Below, one piece after another: positions 27,710-34,211 of a DNA stretch of 34,229 nucleotides. Below the pieces are notes generated by a model, which was not told the origin of the DNA, did no database searches, and was given only the letters and a program-made list of their open reading frames with translations. Location: contig PWVU01000025.1 in assembly GCA_003561715.1 (NCBI GenBank), positions 1-34,229 of the forward strand, in the 5' to 3' direction. The stretch is from Candidatus Kaiserbacteria bacterium (GTDB taxonomy: Bacteria; Patescibacteriota; Minisyncoccia; Phycocordibacterales; UBA12088). Each line of letters opens with the position of its first letter. Within the stretch, counting starts at the first letter, position 1. A program made the position numbers and the translations under genes.

Positions 27710-27952
27710 ACGGGGTCAAGGGCATATCTGGAAAAAATGGGGATAACGTAACAAGCTCAAAAAGCAAAGCGCAAAAGGCAAAATGATCGAGGGTGATTGA
27801 GTGCGGTATTGGAAACAAGGAGGGAGATGAAAGAGTGAAGAGAAAAGAGTAAAAAGTTCTTCTGACAAAGCTTCGATTTGAAGCAGGGCAAAACGTTTAT
27901 TTACAACAATCTTTAGTTAAGTTCATTCTGGATTGGTCCGCAATATGCTTCC

Positions 27953-28675
27953 TTACGAATCACCAACATCTGATAGTGTCCTGATTTGCAAAAATGACAA
28001 ATCTGATTCCCTAATGTCTCCCCAGTGTTTATGCAGACGAACAATTCCTTCACTTTTTAACATGTCAAGAAAAGCCGTAAGCGCTTCATCCAGTGTCATT
28101 TCTTCCCTTGTTACTTTAAATGTCAACTCGTCAAACCTATACAGACATTTTTTGAGAAGCTGCCAACTGTATTTCCCTGGTGCATTTTCTTCATTTTCAT
28201 GAGAACGAAAGTCTGGATCAAACCCAAATACTAAGACGCCTCCCGCGTTCATAATCATCGCGGGTGTACTTTGTTTTGCCATTGCGACTCGTCTCAAGCC
28301 GCATATCTGCAAATCACCCGGGGAGGGACAAAGATCTGTGAATGAACCTCCAATATGTGTGTGAATATTCACCACACCCCCTTCGTCCAATTCTGCAGTG
28401 GGAACATTATCCGCATCAAGATATCCTGATGTGATCACGCCAATTCCGTCACGTTCGGTCAATGCAATTTCATATGAGAGACGAAGCGCGGCAAGCGCCC
28501 GAAGAAAGCGAGTGTTAGTCATTTCTTCAATCGGTAGATGCATCTTTTCTCCCTTTGGAAGACCTTCAGGAGAGCGAGCGAGACGGTCAAGCACTTGTTG
28601 CTGAGATTCACTTAAGAGAACCTCTTTTTCAGAAACATTGATATCTTTAGAAGTGTTCGGGGATTCACTTTGCAT
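27953..28675 (-). CDS. Hypothetical protein with a divergent JAB/MPN (JAMM-like) metalloprotease motif
   Basis: LTERDGIGVITSG (candidate Glu) is followed about 30 aa later by VVNIHTHIGGSFTDLCPSPGDL. This is H-x-H ... S-x-x-D with a 10-residue rather than 7-residue spacer. Composition is clearly more A+T-rich than the neighbours. The coding call is firm; the function is tentative. Confidence 0.5.
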   Translation of the reverse strand: MQSESPNTSKDINVSEKEVLLSESQQQVLDRLARSPEGLPKGEKMHLPIEEMTNTRFLRALAALRLSYEIALTERDGIGVITSGYLDADNVPTAELDEGGVVNIHTHIGGSFTDLCPSPGDLQICGLRRVAMAKQSTPAMIMNAGGVLVFGFDPDFRSHENEENAPGKYSWQLLKKCLYRFDELTFKVTREEMTLDEALTAFLDMLKSEGIVRLHKHWGDIRESDLSFLQIRTLSDVGDS

Positions 28676-28707
28676 ATCATGAAAGAATTATCCAATCTGG
28701 ACAAAAG

Positions 28708-29358
28708 TCACAAAGAGTTTTTGTCAAGTTTCCACGCATCGATCTTTTTGTGATTCCCCGAACGCAAAACCTCGGGGACGCGGTAGTTCTTGCCGCCCCA
28801 CATGAATACTTCCGGGCGAGTGTAGACCTCGTGGCTGGCAACGCGATTTTCTTCCAGAGACTCGAGCTTTCCCAGCACACCCGGGATTTGGCGCGCAATG
28901 CAATCCATCACAAGCATTGCGGGCAATTCCCCGCCAGTCAATACGTAGGGGCCGACCGAGATATGGTCGGCGCGCAGTATCTTGATCGCACGAGCATCAA
29001 CTCCCTCGTAGCGCCCACAGATGCATATGATGTGTTTGTACTTCCCCGCCGCTTTTTGGGCGTACGCGGTGTCGAATTGCGCCCCGCCCGGTGAGAAGAA
29101 AACTATCTTGATATGCCGGCGGTCTTTGCGTCCAATCGCTTTCTTGACCGCCTTAAGAATCGGTTCGGCTTGCAAGACCATGCCGGGTCCGCCCCCGAAC
29201 GGTCGCTGATCGACCCGCCGCCAGCGATCCGTGACAAAATCACGCGGATTGTAGAAGCTCACTTTGATTTTTTTTTCTTCGATCGCACGACTGATGATCG
29301 ACTCGCCGAGGTAGGAGTCGAAGGCGTTCGGGAAGAGGGTGATGAGGTGAAAATGCAT
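28708..29358 (-). CDS. trmD: tRNA (guanine37-N1)-methyltransferase
   Basis: MHFHLITLFPNAF, RPFGGGPGMVL, ICGRYEGVDAR and YVLTGGELPAMLVMD. Stop is TGA. Confidence 0.95.
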   Translation of the reverse strand: MHFHLITLFPNAFDSYLGESIISRAIEEKKIKVSFYNPRDFVTDRWRRVDQRPFGGGPGMVLQAEPILKAVKKAIGRKDRRHIKIVFFSPGGAQFDTAYAQKAAGKYKHIICICGRYEGVDARAIKILRADHISVGPYVLTGGELPAMLVMDCIARQIPGVLGKLESLEENRVASHEVYTRPEVFMWGGKNYRVPEVLRSGNHKKIDAWKLDKNSL

Positions 29359-29368
29359 GGATTAGTTG

Positions 29369-29876
29369 CTAGTAGTTGCTTGTTTCTCGTTGTGCGTTTT
29401 GTATCATACTTCCCCCGTGCTTGGAAATACGTGCGAGCTCATCGTATCGCACTGCGAGGGCCCCGGGAATTGCCGAGTGTAATGGCTCGGGAAGTGCATC
29501 AATGGCAAACCAGTCAATTGCATCGACTTTTTCGGGCTCTGCAATGCGCACCTGTGCGGGATCGATCTCTGCACGATAATCAAACGCAAGCCAATGCGTC
29601 GGCGTGTCGCCATCGACCCGGTGCACCTCACGAAATCCTAAAAAAGTGTACGTGAGTGGAATAATGCCAAATTCTTCTTGCAGCTCCCGAAGCAGGGCTT
29701 GCTCTAAAGATTCTCCGTGGCGCACGCCCCCCCCCACCAAAATCCCACGTCCAGTGCTCATCGCGACATCTATCAGTCCTGCGATGTAGCAGATACTTCC
29801 CTTGTGCATCATGGCAGTAGAAGCACACTGACACGCCGATGTAATCGATTACTTTAATGAGAATACTGGCGACCAT
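29369..29876 (-). pseudogene. Nudix hydrolase split by a frameshift inside a G9 tract (C9 on the plus strand, 29727-29735)
   Basis: Track ORF 29628..29876 encodes IGVSVCFYCHDAQGKYLLHRRTDRCRDEHWTWDFGGGG. This parallels the N-terminus of the adjacent paralogue (TGIAVCFFCHDGKGNFLIQKRGMQVRTHAGTWDVGGGA). ORF 29369..29812 carries the Nudix box GGGVRHGESLEQALLRELQEEFG. Removing one G joins them as WDFGGGGVRHGES... Confidence 0.8.
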
Positions 29877-29891
29877 AGCAGTTGCTGGGAG

Positions 29892-30353
29892 TTAGGCATG
29901 AGCGTTTATACTTGTTAATACATCTCGCCATTGTGCAATGGCAGTATCAAGCTGGGGGAAGTGTGGATGTGGAATATCGTCAAGCGTGGACCATCGGATC
30001 TCCTCTACTTTATCCGGCTCACCTATGGAGACCCTTGTCGGATCAACAAGCACCAGATGATCGAACATGATCCGGTGACCAGATGTAGCATGGACGTACT
30101 CCCGATGCCCCAACAATGTGTGTGAGAGTGGTTCAGTACCATACTCTTCTTGCACCTCTCGTCGTAAGGCATCTTCTATCAGTTCGCCATACTCTATGGC
30201 ACCACCGCCAACATCCCAGGTTCCGGCATGAGTACGCACCTGCATCCCCCGTTTTTGGATCAAAAAATTGCCCTTACCGTCATGACAAAAGAAACACACA
30301 GCGATACCCGTAACATCTTTCCCTTTTACTGCATCTGGTCTGGACTCGTTCAT
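29892..30353 (-). CDS. Nudix hydrolase
   Basis: Complete Nudix box G-AIEYG-E-LIEDALR-REVQEEYGT (Gx5Ex7REUxEExGU). ATG 30353 overlaps the NADAR stop as ATGA. The track start at 30395 is a TTG. Confidence 0.85.
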   Translation of the reverse strand: MNESRPDAVKGKDVTGIAVCFFCHDGKGNFLIQKRGMQVRTHAGTWDVGGGAIEYGELIEDALRREVQEEYGTEPLSHTLLGHREYVHATSGHRIMFDHLVLVDPTRVSIGEPDKVEEIRWSTLDDIPHPHFPQLDTAIAQWRDVLTSINAHA

Positions 30354-30820
30354 GTTGCTTTGTCTTGCAGTAGTTCCTCGCGCAATGCCATCCAAATGAC
30401 ACCCGTCATGTTCTTACCACTACCGTCTCCTCCATCATCCCAAAATCCATCAGGACCGGGTCCCACAACCGTGTGTTTGACGATCGCTCTATCGCCCGAC
30501 TCCAATAGCGCTTGGCGCACATCGGCATGTTGTTCCAGTTTTGCGCGACACAATTCCTTCATGACAGACACTTTCCGCTCCGGAAAATCGGGCTGTTGCT
30601 GTGCTTTGTATTTCTGGGATACGCTCCACGCCATCAATGGACTACGCGCGGTACAGATTTCTTCACGAATAGCAGGATCAGCGTAGCGTTGTGCATGATA
30701 TGCATGCTCGACGGTCGGATACAACACCCCGCCGTATTCGATCGCATGCGCCGTAAACGGCGAAAAGCATACACTGAACACTGCGTCTGATACCCGCCCG
30801 GATGAAACAATGTCTTTCAT
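30350..30820 (-). CDS. NADAR (YbiA/DUF1768) family protein
   Basis: FSPFTAHAIEYGGVLYPTVEHAYHAQRY, ARSPLMAW, MKELCRAKLEQHADVRQALLESG and DGFWDDGGDGSGKNMTG match the NADAR pattern (SNF...f..g..y.s.EhyfqA.K ... WG.g.dG.G.N.lG). ATG at 30820. Stop is TGA. Confidence 0.8.
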   Translation of the reverse strand: MKDIVSSGRVSDAVFSVCFSPFTAHAIEYGGVLYPTVEHAYHAQRYADPAIREEICTARSPLMAWSVSQKYKAQQQPDFPERKVSVMKELCRAKLEQHADVRQALLESGDRAIVKHTVVGPGPDGFWDDGGDGSGKNMTGVIWMALREELLQDKAT

Positions 30821-30854
30821 ACTGTATGAGTATACTAACGAAACCCAAAACGAC

Positions 30855-30885
30855 AACCAGCCCGCGGCAAAGCCGCGGGCTGGTT
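30855..30885 (-). terminator. Strong hairpin between khpA and the NADAR operon
   Basis: aaccagcccgcggc-aaa-gccgcgggctggtt: a 14-bp perfect stem. On the minus strand it is followed by GTCGTTTTGGGTTTCG. Confidence 0.55.
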
Positions 30886-30887
30886 TC

Positions 30888-30920
30888 CCTAATGCCTAAC
30901 GCCTAACTCCCTAATACCTA
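30888..30920 (-). repeat. Five TTAGG units at 7-8-nt period in the khpA 3' end/UTR
   Basis: Plus strand has cctaa at 30888, 30895, 30902 and 30910, and ccta at 30917 (this last one overlaps the khpA TAG stop). Confidence 0.5.
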
Positions 30921-31274
30921 GAGCTTTAGCTCTTCCATCGCCTCATCAACCGTCTTGGAAAGTTCGGTATGCGAAGGTGAAGCGGCGTCATGTTCTTGTG
31001 TTCGCTCCGCACTGCGCAAGCCACCAACTGGCTCATTGATCTTGAGATTGACGCGTGCATTGTTCTTCATGCCGACAACGCGCAAGAGCGTGCGCACCGC
31101 CTTGGCGGTCGCGCCGGACCGACCAATGATCTTGCCCATGTCCTCCGCGTGTACATCAAGCGTTAATAATACCCCCATCTGATCGACCGTGCGATCAACT
31201 TTCACTGCTTCGGGATGGTCGACTAATTCCTTCACTACAAACTCCAAAAACTCTTTATCTCGTTCTTGATCCAT
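30918..31274 (-). CDS. khpA: KH-domain RNA-binding protein (UPF0109/KhpA-YlqC type) with a C-terminal extension
   Basis: FVVKELVDHPEAVKV...LTLDVHAEDMGKIIGRSGATAKAVRTLLRVVG contains the GxxG KH motif. It occupies the typical position next to rpsP/trmD. Confidence 0.8.
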   Translation of the reverse strand: MDQERDKEFLEFVVKELVDHPEAVKVDRTVDQMGVLLTLDVHAEDMGKIIGRSGATAKAVRTLLRVVGMKNNARVNLKINEPVGGLRSAERTQEHDAASPSHTELSKTVDEAMEELKL

Positions 31275-31391
31275 ACAGTACTTACAAAATCCTTTCTGAT
31301 AATCAGCCCACTGACATGAGCTACCCTATACTGTAACAAAGCCACAACCATGGTCAACCGCGGCACTGTTAAAAGACAGGGCGGGAACTGT

Positions 31392-31424
31392 CGCAAATTC
31401 TGTTTTGACTTCACCCACCCTGGT
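31392..31424 (+). repeat. Left inverted repeat of the IS30-family element
   Basis: Core acttcacccaccctggt (31408-31424) matches the reverse complement of 32484-32500 at 16/17 positions. Outer block cgcaaattc (31392-31400) matches the reverse complement of 32508-32516 at 8/9. The 7 nt between the blocks differ (T-rich versus C-rich). Confidence 0.6.
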
Positions 31425-31437
31425 ATAGTCATCGCAT

Positions 31438-32478
31438 ATGAAAAAGAAACATATAAAACACAAAAAGAAATGTGTACCGCAATTCTCATTCAAGGAGCGA
31501 GTGCAGATCGAGACGTATATGAGCGAAGGAGTATCGAAACGCGAGATCGCTCGCAAACTGAACCGAGAACCGTCAAGTGTGCGGTATGAGATCAAGAAGA
31601 ATAGGGTACGAGGTACCTACAAAGCGGAAAAAGCGCACCTGAAGGCGATACAGCGACGGTGGCGGGCAAAGTCTCAGGTGCTCAAGGTTGCGATTACGAA
31701 AGTACTCAAGGAGTATGTAAACGAAAAGACCAAAGCCTACTGGACACCCGAACTCATCGCGGGAAGGATCGCACATGTCGATACGCACCTGCCACGGGTT
31801 GGGAAAGATGCGATCTACGCACACCTTGAAAGTCCGCACGGACGTCCTCTTGAGCGATATCGGTGGCACAAGGGTCGCGCGTACAAAGCGCGTATACCAC
31901 GTACCCATATTGCAAACCGTACCTCCATAGACAAACGACCAAAAAACGTTGCAACACGGCGTTCATACGGACACTGGGAGGGTGACTTCATTGTATCGGG
32001 TAAGCGTGGGAGTGGCGCGCTTCTGGTATTGGTGGAACGTAAAAGTCGATACCTGATCATTCGTAAACTTCCCGATCGTAAGGTGTCCACGGTGAATACG
32101 GTCATTGCCGATACCTTCGGTTGCGGACAGTTGGTCGTCGACTCGCTCACGATCGACAACGACATCTCATTTCAGAAGCATGAAGAAATGTCCGCACTCA
32201 TCGGCGCCCCCATTTACTTTTGTCACCCGTATCACTCGTGGGAGAAAGGTACAGTCGAGAAGATCAGTCAACTCATCCGACGTTTTATCCCAAAAAGCAC
32301 CAACATTGCGCACGTGAGCGAGACGCGAGTGGAAGAGGTTGAGCGTATGTTGAACAATCGTCCCATGAAGTGTCTTTCGTACCTCACGCCGACTGAAGCA
32401 CTTGCACGAAGCCCGCGGCTCAAAGAGTACGTTGAGGACATTGTCCAGAAGGAGTATTATCAGTGTATCAAAAACTAA
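31438..32478 (+). CDS. IS30-family DDE transposase
   Basis: N-terminal HTH (ERVQIETYMSEGVSKREIARKLNREPSSVRYEIKKN). Catalytic core HWEGDFIVSGKRGSGALLVLVERKSRYLIIRKL, TIDNDISF and YFCHPYHSWEKGTVE. Confidence 0.92.
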   Translation: MKKKHIKHKKKCVPQFSFKERVQIETYMSEGVSKREIARKLNREPSSVRYEIKKNRVRGTYKAEKAHLKAIQRRWRAKSQVLKVAITKVLKEYVNEKTKAYWTPELIAGRIAHVDTHLPRVGKDAIYAHLESPHGRPLERYRWHKGRAYKARIPRTHIANRTSIDKRPKNVATRRSYGHWEGDFIVSGKRGSGALLVLVERKSRYLIIRKLPDRKVSTVNTVIADTFGCGQLVVDSLTIDNDISFQKHEEMSALIGAPIYFCHPYHSWEKGTVEKISQLIRRFIPKSTNIAHVSETRVEEVERMLNNRPMKCLSYLTPTEALARSPRLKEYVEDIVQKEYYQCIKN

Positions 32479-32483
32479 AAAAC

Positions 32484-32516
32484 ACCCGGGTGGGTGAAGT
32501 GGGGGGCGAATGTGCG
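32484..32516 (+). repeat. Right inverted repeat of the IS30-family element
   Basis: accc-gggtgggtgaagt (32484-32500) plus gaatgtgcg (32508-32516). It starts 6 nt after the transposase TAA. Confidence 0.6.
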
Positions 32517-32548
32517 CTGTCCTACCATCAGTACACCACACAACACGT

Positions 32549-32577
32549 TTGACGCTTACACAACCGCATGCTAGCAT
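32549..32577 (+). promoter_or_regulatory. Candidate promoter for the secreted repeat protein
   Basis: TTGACG (32549-32554), a 17-nt spacer, then TAGCAT (32572-32577), about 90 nt upstream of ATG 32665. Motif match only. Confidence 0.25.
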
Positions 32578-32664
32578 CGGGCATTCTTGATCGAATGTGA
32601 TCAGTCTTCTCAGATGTGTCTCGTCGATCTACCTGTTCTTTTCATTACACGTATTATTAGCTTT

Positions 32665-33453
32665 ATGTTAAGCACAACTATGATACTCGCATATACACAT
32701 GCGCGAGCGCTTCTTGTGGGCGCAGGCGCTTTCATGCTCGCACTGTTTGGCTTTGTGGGAACCACCCACGCCGCAGGCGATGCAACCGTTATCAGCTACG
32801 CAGTCGAATGCAACACGGTCGACCAACTCCCCAAGTGGGGTCCGTGGGGGCTTGGTGGCGGCGACAATCGCACCATCGAGCCCGCCGACGTACAGGCATT
32901 CGTGAACGCTTCAAACGGTAATTGCCGCTACGTTAGTGGCTGGTCGTTTGAGTGGGGCATGGATTATCCCTATCCCGACGATGATGTCATGGGTCCTTCC
33001 GGACAAGGTACTGTCTTTGGTCCGACCAACACACAAGGCGTGACCCGGACCACGATCTACGTTGACACCTTCGAGGGTCGAAGTACCTGGTTCCGCGCGG
33101 TCACACAGCCCGGCTACTACGGCTTCAACGGCAAGGTAGACGACAACGACATCAGCAGTGAGTTCTACTGCCACACCGACTTGTGGCATTATGACAACAA
33201 CGAAGTGTTGACGATCTACCCGAACGAGACGTACTATTGCGTACTCTTCACAGCGCCATTACCGGGCAGTGCAACGCCTGCTCCGGCGCCGACACCGACA
33301 CATCCCGGCTTTGGATTTGAGCGACCAACGTTTGAGCGACCTTCATGGGAGCGACCTACATGGAATCGACCGACATTCCCTCGCTTTGAACCAATTCAAC
33401 CAATTCGTTCGAACTTCCAATTTCCTTCATTTGGGAAGCAGTTCGGCTGGTAG
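32665..33453 (+). CDS. Hypothetical secreted protein with a C-terminal (F/W)(E/N)RP(T/S) pentapeptide repeat
   Basis: ATG 32665 gives MLSTTMILAYTHARALLVGAGAFMLALFGFVGTTHAAGD (signal/anchor). The Trp/Tyr/Asp-rich core resembles no family I can name. The tail is PAPAPTPTHPGFG-FERPT-FERPS-WERPT-WNRPT-FPRFEP. The track start at 32587 is a TTG. Confidence 0.6.
   Translation: MLSTTMILAYTHARALLVGAGAFMLALFGFVGTTHAAGDATVISYAVECNTVDQLPKWGPWGLGGGDNRTIEPADVQAFVNASNGNCRYVSGWSFEWGMDYPYPDDDVMGPSGQGTVFGPTNTQGVTRTTIYVDTFEGRSTWFRAVTQPGYYGFNGKVDDNDISSEFYCHTDLWHYDNNEVLTIYPNETYYCVLFTAPLPGSATPAPAPTPTHPGFGFERPTFERPSWERPTWNRPTFPRFEPIQPIRSNFQFPSFGKQFGW
33316..33375 (+). repeat. Four tandem 15-bp coding repeats
   Basis: tttgagcgaccaacg / tttgagcgaccttca / tgggagcgacctaca / tggaatcgaccgaca. 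Confidence 0.8.
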
Positions 33454-33482
33454 CAAGATGTAAACACAACAAGCATACAGTG

Positions 33483-33516
33483 CAACTACGCGCGGACAAA
33501 TGTCCGCGCGTAGTTG
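33483..33516 (+). terminator. Terminator of the secreted-protein gene
   Basis: caactacgcgcggaca-aa-tgtccgcgcgtagttg: 16-nt perfect inverted arms, followed by tatgtttt. Confidence 0.6.
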
Positions 33517-33632
33517 TATGTTTTACAGAACGCCATTTAGTACTGAGAATTTCTATCACAACCATCGACCGAGTAATGAGTGCTATGTGCATATCGCTCA
33601 CTGTAGCAGTTCTTGATTTTTCAAAACTACCT

Positions 33633-33670
33633 AAAACAACGTGTGGCCCAAGCGACCCGCACGTTGTTTT
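33633..33670. terminator. Bidirectional-looking terminator between rpsP and the convergent secreted-protein gene
   Basis: aaaacaacgtgtgg-(10-nt loop)-ccgcacgttgtttt. The stem is flanked by an A-run on the left and a T-run on the right. It lies 20 nt downstream of the rpsP stop on the minus strand. Confidence 0.55.
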
Positions 33671-33689
33671 TCAATAAGCCGATATATAA

Positions 33690-34055
33690 TTAGACACTCG
33701 CAACCTCTTCTTTTTGCTCTACTTCTTCTGCAGGAGTATCGGCAGGGTCGGTCACTTCCGCTTTAGGCTCTTCCTTTTTCGGGACGGTCTTCTTGGGCAG
33801 GACATTGCGCTTCTTTCCTTCGATCACGCCTTGCACAATAAGGAGATTGCGCACCGTATCGGACGCCTGCGCGCCGACGGAAAGCCAGTGTTTGATGCGA
33901 TCCTTTTTGAGGGCGACCGTGTCGGCATGCGGATTGTACGAGCCGACGATCTCGAGGAAATTGTTGCTTTTGGGACCATTGGTATGCTCGGTCACCACCA
34001 CGCGAAACTCGGGGTGATTGCGACGACCAATGCGCTGAAGTCGAACCATTAACAT
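33690..34055 (-). CDS. rpsP: 30S ribosomal protein S16 with a Lys/Glu-rich C-terminal tail
   Basis: M(LM)VRLQRIGRRNHPEFRVVVTEHTNGPKSNNFLEIVGSYNPH matches the S16 N-terminal signature. An alternative ATG lies at 34049. Confidence 0.93.
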   Translation of the reverse strand: MLMVRLQRIGRRNHPEFRVVVTEHTNGPKSNNFLEIVGSYNPHADTVALKKDRIKHWLSVGAQASDTVRNLLIVQGVIEGKKRNVLPKKTVPKKEEPKAEVTDPADTPAEEVEQKEEVASV

Positions 34056-34171
34056 AGTGGGGGTACTGTACCAGAAAGGGAGGCGTTGGTCAATTTAATT
34101 CGTTTCTGTGTCATCCCAACATGATACTGTCATACCTCTGCAAAGTAGAAATGTCACCGTAACCCGTTTTA

Positions 34172-34211
34172 CCATATCGTACAGGTATATCAGCGAATAT
34201 GTACGATATGG
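34172..34211. promoter_or_regulatory. Perfect 12-bp inverted repeat upstream of rpsP (operator or upstream-gene terminator candidate)
   Basis: ccatatcgtaca-(16 nt)-tgtacgatatgg, 117-156 nt upstream of the rpsP start. Confidence 0.3.

Larger units (their letters stand above)
31392..32516 (+). mobile_element. IS30-family insertion sequence (about 1.1 kb, single transposase)
   Basis: The transposase ORF is tightly flanked by imperfect terminal inverted repeats (see the IR features). Exact ends and the target duplication are not resolved. Confidence 0.7.

Noticed and set aside
29359-29395. The 12-mer AACAAGCAACTA lies just upstream of both the trmD ATG (minus strand) and the exonuclease ATG (5467-5478), and AGCAACT lies upstream of the frameshifted Nudix.
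   Set aside because: By a rough estimate, identical 12-mers are expected many times by chance in a window of this size. Most other genes here lack the motif.
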